The notes: generated by a model from the letters alone, not told the origin. Positions 37,100-45,900 are shown, numbered from the stretch's first letter. The stretch: DNA of 64,000 bases from an uncultured Actinomycetes bacterium (GCA_963751015.1 CAVVSU010000003.1:13681-77680); one strand, 5' to 3'. Numbers and translations: made by a program.

Positions 37100-37136
37100 G
37101 CGAGAGCCGCCCCCAGGGGCGGCTCTCGCGCTTTTT
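37100..37136 (+). terminator. Rho-independent terminator with no assignable upstream gene
   Basis: GCGAGAGCCGCCCC-CA-GGGGCGGCTCTCGC is followed by GCTTTTT, giving a 14-bp GC-rich stem plus a T-tract on the plus strand only. Confidence 0.7.
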
Positions 37137-37261
37137 GGCCGCCCATGGCCGCCCCGGCGCTCTCCGAGCTGCCTTCGCGCTTTTCGACTGGCGCGGTTTT
37201 CGGTCTGGCCAATGCGAAAGTATTGGCTGAGTACTCGATAACCAGTCGATCAAGGAGAGAG

Positions 37262-37606
37262 ATGGACGTCCAAGCATTGGGTACCGCAATCGAGCGAAGC
37301 GATGCCTGCGAGATCGCCCGCATCAACTGGGACGACAAGCGGGAGAACGACCGTCGCTACCAGGCTCTGATCTATTACACCTCCTGCGCTTTCGTGGTGT
37401 TCCTGCTGGGGGCGATCGTCCTGACCGCGCTCGGAGGCGATACCCGTGGCGCCGGCCTCGTCAGCTTCGTCGGCACCGTGGCGAGCGGGGCCGGGATGGC
37501 CTTCGTGCTGAAACGGAAAAAAGAAGTCGCGGCGGAACTCAAGGCGGCGAGCAAACTGGTGAAAGAGAACTGCTCGGAGGAGCGGGTGCGACAGCTGCTC
37601 GGCTGA
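37262..37606 (+). CDS. Hypothetical 2-TM membrane protein (lower-GC)
   Basis: An AAGGAGAGAG Shine-Dalgarno lies directly before the ATG at 37262. MDVQALGTAIERSD...YQALIYYTSCAFVVFLLGAIVLTAL...GLVSFVGTVASGAGMAFVL has two TM helices and a charged C-terminus. Confidence 0.55.
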   Translation: MDVQALGTAIERSDACEIARINWDDKRENDRRYQALIYYTSCAFVVFLLGAIVLTALGGDTRGAGLVSFVGTVASGAGMAFVLKRKKEVAAELKAASKLVKENCSEERVRQLLG

Positions 37607-37630
37607 CTCGCGGCGCGTCCCTCTAGCTGG

Positions 37631-38173
37631 CTAGGCGATCCGCCGCAGGCCGTCCTGCGCTTCCGAGAGGAAGTGCGAGGCGATCCGCCAGCGGCGCTGC
37701 AGCACCGGTTCGATGTCGGTCGAGCCGCAGCCGAGCTTGGAGACGCATTCGCCCCAGTCGTTGGCGGCTTCGATGTAGCGGTTGAAGGCCTTCTCGCCGG
37801 GGGTGGCGACGGCGCCGAGGCAGTCGATCTGCAGCCGGTCGGTCGGGATCTCGCCGTAGGTCGAGCGGATCCCCCGCACCTCGGCGACGTACTGGTCGTA
37901 GGTGACGCCGACGGCGAGCCGCCGCCGCAGGCCGTCCATCGAGCCGACGAAGCTGCCGAGCTGGCTCTGGCAGAGGTCGCCGGCGGGGACCGGCCGGGGC
38001 TTGCCCTTCGCCTCCTCCCGGGATGCGGTGGGCTTCTCGGTGGTGCGAGCGGTTTCGTCGCTGGAGACGGTCCGTTCGGTCGTCACATCCGAGCCCCCGC
38101 CTCCGCAGCCGCCGACGAGCAGCGCCGCGAGCAGGGCGAAGCCGAGGAGCCGAAGCCGAGTAGCGGCGAGCAC
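37631..38173 (-). CDS. Lipoprotein (hypothetical)
   Basis: GTG start at 38173. VLAATRLRLLGFALLAALLVGGCGGGG has a lipobox (LVGGC). The track ORF 37631..39148 is an upstream extension. Confidence 0.6.
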   Translation of the reverse strand: MLAATRLRLLGFALLAALLVGGCGGGGSDVTTERTVSSDETARTTEKPTASREEAKGKPRPVPAGDLCQSQLGSFVGSMDGLRRRLAVGVTYDQYVAEVRGIRSTYGEIPTDRLQIDCLGAVATPGEKAFNRYIEAANDWGECVSKLGCGSTDIEPVLQRRWRIASHFLSEAQDGLRRIA

Positions 38174-38185
38174 GCGCGGCAGTTT

Positions 38186-38968
38186 ATGGAGCGGCCACGT
38201 CGTGTAGAAACACTTCCCGTGCGGCGAATCGGCAGCTTCGGCGGGTTGTTCCTGGCGGCTTTGCTGCTCTGCCTGTGCGCTCCGGCCGCCCAGGCGCGCC
38301 CGGCCCCGCACGTGCTGGTGGTGGGGGACAGCCTCGAGGATCTGACCTCCCCCTATCTGAGTCGTTACCTGCCCGGCGTCGAACTGACGATCAACGCGGT
38401 CGGCGGCTACAACAGCTACCAGATCTTCGACCTCTTCCAGGAAAGCTACGAGCCCTCGGTCGACGTGATCGTCTTCGACGCCGGCACCAACGACAACCCC
38501 GAATATCCCGAGATCCTCGCCGGCAACCTGGCCAAGGTCGCGGAAACCGTCGGCGACCGCTGCATGGTGGTGCCGACCGTCCACGGCTTCACCGTCAACG
38601 GCGTCGACAACACGGGGAAGAACCGGGTCGTGGCGGAATTCGCCTCCTCGCGGCCGGGGACCCAGGTTCCCGACTGGGCCGGGACCGTCGCCACCCGTCC
38701 CGACCTGATGCAGGCCGACAACCTGCACCCGATCGAAGAGGGCGCCGACTACCGGGCCCAGCTGATCGCGCAGGGCGTGCAGGGCTGCCTCGCCTACGGC
38801 GACGCGATTGCGACCGCGCCGCCGGAACCGCGGAGCGACGTCGAGCCGATCGCCACCGTCGGCCGCCTGCGGGCGCGCGAGGAGGCGGTGATGGGCACGA
38901 TCCGGGCCGACGTGCTGCGCCAGGCCGCCGCCTCGCTGATCGCCGGCGCCCTGCTCGCCGGCCGCTGA
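38186..38968 (+). CDS. Secreted SGNH/GDSL-family hydrolase
   Basis: Signal peptide LFLAALLLCLCAPAAQA, then block I VLVVGDSLED, ...FDAGTNDN..., and ...DNLHP (block V-like). Confidence 0.7.
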   Translation: MERPRRVETLPVRRIGSFGGLFLAALLLCLCAPAAQARPAPHVLVVGDSLEDLTSPYLSRYLPGVELTINAVGGYNSYQIFDLFQESYEPSVDVIVFDAGTNDNPEYPEILAGNLAKVAETVGDRCMVVPTVHGFTVNGVDNTGKNRVVAEFASSRPGTQVPDWAGTVATRPDLMQADNLHPIEEGADYRAQLIAQGVQGCLAYGDAIATAPPEPRSDVEPIATVGRLRAREEAVMGTIRADVLRQAAASLIAGALLAGR

Positions 38969-39014
38969 GGGTGCAGCATCCCGAAGTGTCAATCTGTAGG
39001 CATGGAGCTGCCCC

Positions 39015-40406
39015 ATGAGTGAGGTGGTGATGCCACGCCTCTCCGACTCGATGGAGGAGGGGACGATCCTCACCTGGCTGAAGCAGGTCGGCGACGAGGT
39101 CGCGGTCGGCGACGAGCTGGTCGAAATCGAGACCGACAAGGCGAACATGGCCTACGAATCCGACACCGCCGGGACGCTGCAGGAGATCTTGGCGCAGGAG
39201 GGCGAGACGTTGCCGATCGGATCGCCTATCGCCCGGATCGGGGACGGTTCCAACGGTGGAAAGCCTGGCGCTGAGGCTGACGGCGAGGGACCAAGCGCTC
39301 GACCCGCGGGTCCTGCCGACGCAGGGGACCCACCTCCTCCTGCGCGGCAGGAGGAGGTCCCCCCTACGACGTCACCCACGGGTCAAGCGGAGGACACCCG
39401 CTCCGAAGATCAGACCGCTGAGGCGGAGCCCGAGTCGCAGGAGCAGGCCAGTTCAGCTTCCGCAGACGGGGAGCGGGTGAAAGCTTCTCCGCTGGCGAGG
39501 CGGCTGGCCCGTGACAAGGGCCTAGAGCTGACGGACCTCCACGGGTCCGGTCCTGGAGGGCGGATCGTCAAGCACGACGTCGAGGAGGCGGCCTCTCCGG
39601 CGGGTGACGCTGTAGGGGGGACCCCCCCTGAGGAAGCTTCAGCTACCGGAAGGGGGGGTGGGTCCCCTGCGGCGGCAGGACCCGCTGGCCAAGGCGCTTC
39701 GTCCGAAACCGCCAAGGGCAACGTCCAGACCCAGGACCCGAACAAACTGCAGCAGACGATTGCCCGCCGGATGGCCGAGTCGAAGGCGACCGCGCCGCAC
39801 TTCTACCTGACGATCGAGATCGACATGGGGAAGGCGGTCGAGGCGCGGGCCGGGTTCAAAGCCGCCGCGAAGGAGGGCGACGTGGTGCCGTCCTTCAACG
39901 ACATGGTCGTCAAGGCCTGCGCGATCGCGCTGCGCGAGTTTCCGAAAGCCAACGGCGCCTACCGCGACGGCCGCTTCGAGCTCTATTCGCGGGTCAACGT
40001 CGGCGTCGCCGTCGCCGCCGAGGAAGCCCTCGTCGTTCCGACCGTCTTCGACGCCGACAAGAAGGGCCTGCGCCAGATCGCCGCCGACACCCGCGCCGTC
40101 GCCGCCAAAGTCCGCGACGGCTCGGTCACCCCGCCGGAGCTCTCGGGCGGCACCTTCACCGTCTCCAACCTGGGGATGTTCGGGATCGACGAATTCGACG
40201 CCGTCATCAACATGGGCCAGGCCGCGATCCTCGCCGTCGGCGCGATCCGCGAAGTGCCCGCCGTCTGCGACGGCGAGATCGTCCCGGCGCGACTGATGAA
40301 GGCGACCCTCTCCTGCGATCACCGCATCCTCTACGGCGCCGAGGGCGCCGAATTCCTCGCCCGCGTCAGGCAGCTGCTGGAGGAGCCGGTCTCGCTGGCC
40401 CTCTAG
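39015..40406 (+). CDS. Dihydrolipoamide acyltransferase (E2 component of a 2-oxoacid dehydrogenase complex)
   Basis: Lipoyl domain EIETDKANMAYES, E3-binding domain ASPLARRLARDKGLEL, and catalytic domain ending ...LSCDHRILYGAEGAEFL. Confidence 0.9.
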   Translation: MSEVVMPRLSDSMEEGTILTWLKQVGDEVAVGDELVEIETDKANMAYESDTAGTLQEILAQEGETLPIGSPIARIGDGSNGGKPGAEADGEGPSARPAGPADAGDPPPPARQEEVPPTTSPTGQAEDTRSEDQTAEAEPESQEQASSASADGERVKASPLARRLARDKGLELTDLHGSGPGGRIVKHDVEEAASPAGDAVGGTPPEEASATGRGGGSPAAAGPAGQGASSETAKGNVQTQDPNKLQQTIARRMAESKATAPHFYLTIEIDMGKAVEARAGFKAAAKEGDVVPSFNDMVVKACAIALREFPKANGAYRDGRFELYSRVNVGVAVAAEEALVVPTVFDADKKGLRQIAADTRAVAAKVRDGSVTPPELSGGTFTVSNLGMFGIDEFDAVINMGQAAILAVGAIREVPAVCDGEIVPARLMKATLSCDHRILYGAEGAEFLARVRQLLEEPVSLAL

Positions 40407-40858
40407 TCCTCGTCGGGGTAGTCGGCCTGCCCGCCGCCGAGCTCGGGCGGCAGCGCCTTCGGCCCTTCCGGATACATGTGCTCGAGCTGCTCCGCGCTCA
40501 TCTCCAGCGTGCTGGTGATGTTTTCCCGCGGCGCCCCGACGACCAGCCACAGCTGATCGGCCTCGGTGTCGTTGAACAGCTGGCGGTCGGTGTCGGGGTC
40601 GACCAGCAGCGTGTCGAGCGGCGCCAGCGTCAGCACCTCGTCCCCGATCCGCACCCGCCCCTCGCCCTCCAGCAGGACGTAGAGCTCCTCCTGGGTGAAG
40701 TGCCGGTGCCTGGTCGAGGCTTTGCCCGGCTCCAGTCGCCACATCCGCGCCCCGATCTGCGACGCCTCGAGCTGCCCACCGAGGTCGGTGTTCGGCGTCT
40801 TCATCTGGTTCGACCGCCGCCAGAAGGCGTCGGCGGCTCTCAGGAGGCGATGTGACAT
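40403..40858 (-). CDS. Cupin-domain protein
   Basis: Start taken at MSHRLL (ATG at 40858). ...WRLEPGKASTRHRHFTQEELYVLLEGEGRVRIGDE is a cupin motif. Confidence 0.65.
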   Translation of the reverse strand: MSHRLLRAADAFWRRSNQMKTPNTDLGGQLEASQIGARMWRLEPGKASTRHRHFTQEELYVLLEGEGRVRIGDEVLTLAPLDTLLVDPDTDRQLFNDTEADQLWLVVGAPRENITSTLEMSAEQLEHMYPEGPKALPPELGGGQADYPDED

Positions 40859-40933
40859 AGACGCAAGTATGCCGTTCCACAATCGGCGCATCCTGCGCGC
40901 CACACGTGCGCGGAGGCGACCTAGGTTCGTCCG

Positions 40934-41194
40934 GTGCCGCGGCTTAGCTCCTTCTACGGGATCGTCATCACGATGTACCACCGCGAGCACGGGGTCCCGC
41001 ACTTTCATGCTCACTACGGTGAGCACAGAGCCTCGATCTCGATTGATCCAGTTGAGGTCCTCGGTGGCGCCTTGCCTATCCAGGCGCTTCGTCTCGTCAG
41101 GCGATGGGCGATGCTTCGCAAGGTTGAGCTACTGGAGAATTGGAAACGCGCACAGAGAAGGGAGGCTCTGGAAAGCATTGAGCCACTTCCCTAG
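40934..41194 (+). CDS. DUF4160-family protein
   Basis: SFYGIVITMYHREHGVPHFHAHYGEHRASISI is a characteristic DUF4160 N-terminus. Confidence 0.75.
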   Translation: MPRLSSFYGIVITMYHREHGVPHFHAHYGEHRASISIDPVEVLGGALPIQALRLVRRWAMLRKVELLENWKRAQRREALESIEPLP

Positions 41195-41204
41195 CATCAG
41201 CGTT

Positions 41205-41468
41205 ATGGAGAAGCTCGTTTACGTGACGGAGGTGCAGTACCTCGGCGGCCACCGATTGCGACTTCGGTTCGAGGACGGCGCTTCAGGACAGCTCGACTTT
41301 TCTAATGAAGAGTGGAGGGGAGTTTTCGCGCCGCTCGCGGACGCCGATTACTTCAGCAGGGTCGAACTCGACGAGGAGCTCGGGACGATCGTCTGGCCGA
41401 ACGAAGCTGACATTGCTCCGGAGACCCTGCATAGCTGGGTCGTCTCGGGAACCATGGTCGTCGGCTAG
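41205..41468 (+). CDS. DUF2442-family protein
   Basis: MEKLVYVTEVQYLGGHRLRLRFEDGASGQLDFS...IVWPNEADIAPETLH is the typical DUF2442 pattern. It pairs with DUF4160 upstream. Confidence 0.7.
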   Translation: MEKLVYVTEVQYLGGHRLRLRFEDGASGQLDFSNEEWRGVFAPLADADYFSRVELDEELGTIVWPNEADIAPETLHSWVVSGTMVVG

Positions 41469-41476
41469 AACTGCCG

Positions 41477-42082
41477 CTAGATCTCGATCCAGGTGCCCTT
41501 GGGGCCGAGGTTGCGGACCGGGGTCTCGCCGATCGTGCTCTCGCAGCCCCAGGACTCGTGGATGTGGCCGCAGACGGCGAGGCGGGGGCGCTTCTCCTCG
41601 ATCGCGCGCAGGAGGGCGGGGCTGCCGAAGCTGCCGCCACCGCCGGCGGAGTCGCAATGGTCCTTGGGGGGCGAGTGGAGGACGAGGACCGCGCCCTCGG
41701 GGCAGGCGGCGAGCATCTCGGTCGCCGCGTCGTCGTCGAGGTCGAAGCTCCAGTCCCAGGGGGTGACCGGGATGCCGGCGCCGAGGCCGTAGAACTCGGT
41801 CCCGTCGATCGTCGTCCCCTCGCCGTGCAGGACGGTGGCGGCGTTCCAGCCGGCGGCTGCCGCGCGCAGCGCGTCGACGGTCTCGTTGTTGCCGGGGACG
41901 AGGACGGTCGGGGTCGTGATCGCGGCCAGCGCGCCGATCGTCTCCTCCAGCCCCTCGTGCACCGAGGCGAAGTCGCCGGCGCTGATCACCACGTCGGCCT
42001 CGGCGGCCATCTCGACCAGTCGCGCCCCCTGCTCGAGGTCGCAATGCAGGTCGCTGAAGGCGAGGATCTTCACGGGCCTCAA
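41477..42082 (-). CDS. Metallophosphoesterase
   Basis: ILAFSDLHCD, SAGDFAS, VPGNNE and VCGHIHESWG are calcineurin-like phosphoesterase motifs. Confidence 0.85.
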   Translation of the reverse strand: MRPVKILAFSDLHCDLEQGARLVEMAAEADVVISAGDFASVHEGLEETIGALAAITTPTVLVPGNNETVDALRAAAAGWNAATVLHGEGTTIDGTEFYGLGAGIPVTPWDWSFDLDDDAATEMLAACPEGAVLVLHSPPKDHCDSAGGGGSFGSPALLRAIEEKRPRLAVCGHIHESWGCESTIGETPVRNLGPKGTWIEI

Positions 42083-42121
42083 CTTACCCGTTGCGTGGTT
42101 CGAAAGTCGGGCCTGGGACGA

Positions 42122-42312
42122 CTAAGGAACCACGGGTTCGGAGCGCCGGCGTTTGAGCAGGCGCCGCCGCGGCACCGGTTCCTCCTCCTCCTCCTCGCGC
42201 ACCTGCAGGTCGAAGTAGAGGAGCGTCTGGCCGACGGCGAGGTAGGGGATGAAGAGGGCGAAGACGACCGAGCCGAGGACGTTGATCCAGAACAGCGGGA
42301 AGGCGGTGAAGA
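42122..42312 (-). pseudogene. 3'-terminal remnant of a membrane-protein gene (no start codon)
   Basis: ...LIFTAFPLFWINVLGSVVFALFIPYLAVGQTLLYFDLQVREEEEEEPVP...*. The frame has no ATG or GTG before the fragment, and its upstream continuation is occupied by the MFS gene in another frame. Confidence 0.35.
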
Positions 42313-43878
42313 TCAGGCAGGGCCGGCGGAGGTCGGCTCGCCGAAGTCCTCGACCTCGGTTTCGACTTTGCCGGCGGGCATGCCGGCGAGGGCGATGACG
42401 AAGGCGACCGCCATCACCGCGGCCATTCCGTAGAAGACCGTGCGCGAGGCCATCGCGAAGTCGTGGGGGATCGCGTCGACCACCTTCTGGATCGGGGCGG
42501 GCAGGTGTTCCTGCGTTTCGCCGGCACCCGTGCCCTGGCTGATCTGGTCGGCGATTTCGCTGCCGACCTCCTTGGGGATGCCGCTCTTGTCGGCCGTCGC
42601 TTCGAGGTTGGAGCGGTTCTCGAGGATCAGGACCGAGCCGAGCACCGCGAGCCCGAGGCTGGAGCCGAAGTTGCGCACCGTCTGGGTGATCCCGGTCGCT
42701 TCGCCGTAGCGGTCGCGGGAGACCCGGTTGAGCGCGTCGGTGTTGGCGGGGCTGAGGACCAGCCCGACCCCGGCGCCCGCGAGGACGATGTAGTACCACT
42801 GGTCGGAGACCGAGAGCTCGGTCAGCGAATGCCCCCAGAGGTAGAAGCCGACCGCGGCGACGCCGCAGCCGAGGACCATCGGGCGGCGCGCCCCGATCCG
42901 GTCGAGCATCTTCCCGCCCCATTGCGAGGCGGTGGCGAAGCCAGCGAAGAAGATCAGCAGGTAGAGACCGGTTTCCGAGGCGCTTTCGCCGAGCGAGATC
43001 TGCGCGTACATGCTGGCGAAGAAGAACAACGGCACGAACGGGATCATCAGCAGGAAGAGGACGATGTTGTCCACGGCGAAGGCTTTGTCCTTGAAGATCG
43101 TCAGCCGCAGCAGCGGGTTCTCGGTCCGCAGCTCGTAGCGGACGAAGGCAGCGAGTACCGCCAGCCCGATGGCGATGCAGCCCCAGGTCCTGGCGTCGTC
43201 CCAGCCCCAGATGCTCGACTGCTGCAGGCCGAGGACCGCCAGTCCCATGCCGCCGGTGATCAGCGCCGTCCCCGTGTAGTCGAGCTCCGCCGGGTGCTTC
43301 TCGTCGGCCGGCTTCGACTTCCAGATCAGGAGCAGGGCGATGATCGCGACCGGGATGTTGACCCAGAAGATCGCCCGCCAGGTGATCTCGACCAGGTAGC
43401 CGCCGGCCAGCGGCCCGATCGCCGTCAGCCCGCCCGCGATCGCGAAGAAGATCGCCATCGCCTTGCCGCGTTCGGAGACCGGGAAGGCGCCCAGGACGAT
43501 CGCCAGCGCCGCCGGGAACATGATCGCCGCGCCGGCGCCCTGGATCACCCGGAAGACGATCAGCCAGGTCTCGTCGAGCGAGCCGGTCGGGGTGGCGCCA
43601 CAGAGGGCGGAGGCGGTGGCGAAGATGACGACGCCGAGCACGACCATCCGCCGGTGGCCGGCGATGTCGGCGAGCCGGCCGCCGAAGGCGAACAGGGCCG
43701 AGAGCGAGAGCAGGTAGCCGTTGATGATCCACTGGACCCCGGTGGCCGAGAGGGTCAGGTCGTCCTGGATCGTCGGGATCGCGATCGCGACGATCGTCTG
43801 GTCGATGAAGGTCATCGAGACGGCGAAGATCATCGCCGCCAGGATCAGCTTGCTGTTCTGGGCGGGTGACTGGTTCAT
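42313..43878 (-). CDS. MFS transporter, DHA2 (EmrB/QacA) family
   Basis: IDQTIVAIAIPTIQDDL..., GGRLADIAGHRRM, and about 14 TMS. Confidence 0.85.
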   Translation of the reverse strand: MNQSPAQNSKLILAAMIFAVSMTFIDQTIVAIAIPTIQDDLTLSATGVQWIINGYLLSLSALFAFGGRLADIAGHRRMVVLGVVIFATASALCGATPTGSLDETWLIVFRVIQGAGAAIMFPAALAIVLGAFPVSERGKAMAIFFAIAGGLTAIGPLAGGYLVEITWRAIFWVNIPVAIIALLLIWKSKPADEKHPAELDYTGTALITGGMGLAVLGLQQSSIWGWDDARTWGCIAIGLAVLAAFVRYELRTENPLLRLTIFKDKAFAVDNIVLFLLMIPFVPLFFFASMYAQISLGESASETGLYLLIFFAGFATASQWGGKMLDRIGARRPMVLGCGVAAVGFYLWGHSLTELSVSDQWYYIVLAGAGVGLVLSPANTDALNRVSRDRYGEATGITQTVRNFGSSLGLAVLGSVLILENRSNLEATADKSGIPKEVGSEIADQISQGTGAGETQEHLPAPIQKVVDAIPHDFAMASRTVFYGMAAVMAVAFVIALAGMPAGKVETEVEDFGEPTSAGPA

Positions 43879-43941
43879 GGGGCCGGCTTTTGCCGCGCGG
43901 GCGGCGATTCCTCCCCTCGTTCGGGTATTCTCGCCGCCGCA

Positions 43942-44115
43942 ATGCCGCAGATCTTCTGGCTTGGATTCGGAATCGCCGCCGCCTTCGTTCTCGTCGGCGC
44001 GATCTCCGGCGCGCGGTCGCGCACCGCGAGCCTCGGCAGCGGCGCCGCGATCGGCGCCTACCTCGGCGTGATGGCGGCGTTCCCGCTCCTGGCCATCGGC
44101 CTAGCCACCAGCTAA
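43942..44115 (+). CDS. Candidate 57-aa 2-TM small membrane protein
   Basis: Hand translation gives MPQIFWLGFGIAAAFVLVGAISGARSRTASLGSGAAIGAYLGVMAAFPLLAIGLATS*. It is below the ORF-track cutoff. Confidence 0.4.
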   Translation: MPQIFWLGFGIAAAFVLVGAISGARSRTASLGSGAAIGAYLGVMAAFPLLAIGLATS

Positions 44116-44166
44116 GCGCCGCAACTCCCTGCTTGAAGGCGCCGCCCCGGGGGTAGCCGAGGGCGC

Positions 44167-45006
44167 ATGACCAATGCGACCGAGGTTCCCGTCCTGACCC
44201 TGCACGACGGCGTCGAGATCCCGCAGCTCGGGTTCGGCGTCTTCCAGATCCCGCCGGAGGAGACCCAGGAAAAGGTCGAGGAGGCGCTCGGGGTGGGCTA
44301 CCGCCACGTCGACACCGCCGCCGCCTACCGCAACGAGGCGGAGGTCGGGGCGGCGATCGCGGCGACCGGCGTGCGGCGCGAGGACGTCTTCGTCACCACC
44401 AAGCTGTGGAACTCCGAGCAGGGCTACGACTCGACGCTGCGCGCCTTTGAGAAGAGCGTCGAGCGGCTGGGGACCGGCCACGTCGACCTCTATCTGATCC
44501 ACTGGCCGCTGCCGAGCAAGGACCTCTTCCTCGACACTTGGCGCGCCTTCGAACGGATCCAGGAGGAAGGCGGCGCCCGCTCGATCGGCGTCTCCAACTT
44601 CCGCGTCGAGGACCTGGAGCGGCTGGAGCAGGACGCCGAGCGGCGGCCGACCGTCAACCAGGTCGAGCTGCACCCGCGCCTCCAACAGGCGGAGCTGCGC
44701 GCCTGGCACGGCGACCACGACGTCGCCACCGAGGCCTGGAGCCCGCTGGCGCAGGGCGAGCTGCTCGAAGACGGGACGATCGAAACCGTCGCCGCCCACC
44801 ACGACCGCACCCCGGCGCAGGTGATCCTCCGCTGGCACCTGCAGCTCGGCAACGTCGTGATTCCCAAATCCTCGACCCCGGAGCGGATCCGCGAGAACTT
44901 CGAGCTCTTCGACTTCGAGCTGAGCGAGGACGACATGGCCGCGCTCGAAAGGCTCGATACCGGCGAGCGGATCGGGCCGGACCCGGCCACCTTCAGCGCT
45001 GGATAG
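44167..45006 (+). CDS. Aldo/keto reductase (2,5-diketo-D-gluconate reductase-like)
   Basis: GYRHVDTAAAYRNE, DLYLIHWP, SIGVSNF and NQVELHP are AKR signatures. Confidence 0.9.
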   Translation: MTNATEVPVLTLHDGVEIPQLGFGVFQIPPEETQEKVEEALGVGYRHVDTAAAYRNEAEVGAAIAATGVRREDVFVTTKLWNSEQGYDSTLRAFEKSVERLGTGHVDLYLIHWPLPSKDLFLDTWRAFERIQEEGGARSIGVSNFRVEDLERLEQDAERRPTVNQVELHPRLQQAELRAWHGDHDVATEAWSPLAQGELLEDGTIETVAAHHDRTPAQVILRWHLQLGNVVIPKSSTPERIRENFELFDFELSEDDMAALERLDTGERIGPDPATFSAG

Positions 45007-45008
45007 CA

Positions 45009-45091
45009 GGGAGGGGGCGGGGTGCCCCTTCCAGACACATCTCGCCAATGGCTCGATGTTGAGTGTCTGGAAGAGGCACCCCGCCCCCTCC
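45009..45091. repeat. G-rich inverted-repeat element (29-bp arms with 1 mismatch), same family as 986-1093
   Basis: GGAGGGGGCGGGGTGCCCCTTCCAGACAC (45010-45038) pairs with GTGTCTGGAAGAGGCACCCCGCCCCCTCC (45063-45091) across a 24-nt spacer. It starts immediately after the AKR stop. Confidence 0.7.
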
Positions 45092-45131
45092 AGTGATCCG
45101 ATGAGAAGGGACAGCGGAATACGCTGCCGCG

Positions 45132-45887
45132 ATGGCTCTCGATCGGCGGGTGTTGCGCAAGCGCGGGGTGGTCGTTGGAGGAGGGCAGGATCCATCCGCG
45201 GCCAGGGCGCAGGCGGATGAGGCGACCAAGCGACGGCTGACGAGGATCAATGCGGTTGCGGCTACCGCTTTCGTCGTCGGCGGGTCGCTGTTCTCGATCG
45301 GGGCTTTGCTGGCGCAGGCGCACGTCGGCGGGCCGCGGTTGGCTGCCGCGGTCTTCATGCTCGGCGGCGTCTTCTTCACCACCGGTGGCTACGCATCGGT
45401 GCTGCAGGTCGCGAACGCGCCGCGTGAGGCGGGGCCGGACGGGGTCGTGCGGGCGCCGAGGTGGCGCTGGTGGTCGACCGAGCCGGGGCGGCTCGACTGG
45501 GCGAGCGCAGTCGCCCTCTTCGTCGGCACCCTCTACTTCGGTGCCAGCCTGGCGGTGGCGCTGGTCGGCGACCTCACCATCGCGCAGCTGCACCGTCTCG
45601 TCTGGTCGCCGGAAATCATCGGCTGCGTCCTCTTCCTCGTCTCCGGCCACCTCGCCCTGACCGAGATGCACCGCGACCGGCCGCGCGGCCGGCGCGCCGA
45701 CCTCGGCTGGTGGATCGTGGTCGTCAACCAGGTCGGCTCGGCGCTGTTCATGGCCGCCGGCGTCGCCGCCTTCGTCCGCCCCGAGACCGGCGACGCGCTG
45801 GCGGTCGGGATCGCCAACTGGGCCACCTTCTCCGGCGCCGCCTGCTTCGCCGCGGCCGGCGTGATGCAGGAGTTCGAGCGTCCCTGA
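45132..45887 (+). CDS. Hypothetical multi-pass membrane protein
   Basis: There are about six hydrophobic segments (e.g. AVAATAFVVGGSLFSIGALLA, AAVFMLGGVFFTTGGYA, IIGCVLFLVSGHLAL). I recognise no family. Confidence 0.55.
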   Translation: MALDRRVLRKRGVVVGGGQDPSAARAQADEATKRRLTRINAVAATAFVVGGSLFSIGALLAQAHVGGPRLAAAVFMLGGVFFTTGGYASVLQVANAPREAGPDGVVRAPRWRWWSTEPGRLDWASAVALFVGTLYFGASLAVALVGDLTIAQLHRLVWSPEIIGCVLFLVSGHLALTEMHRDRPRGRRADLGWWIVVVNQVGSALFMAAGVAAFVRPETGDALAVGIANWATFSGAACFAAAGVMQEFERP

Positions 45888-45900
45888 AAGGATTGGCTGC

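Noticed and set aside
39327-39356. A 12-bp perfect inverted repeat (ACCTCCTCCTGC-GCG-GCAGGAGGAGGT) inside the E2 acyltransferase linker
   Set aside because: It lies within a low-complexity Pro/Glu-rich linker (PPPPARQEEV), where such symmetry arises easily from codon repetition. Nothing else supports a function.
39015-40406. An orphan E2 acyltransferase with no adjacent E1 or E3 genes, as a possible novel complex
   Set aside because: Stand-alone E2 genes with E1/E3 encoded elsewhere are common in Actinobacteria. Nothing in the sequence itself is unusual beyond a long acidic linker.
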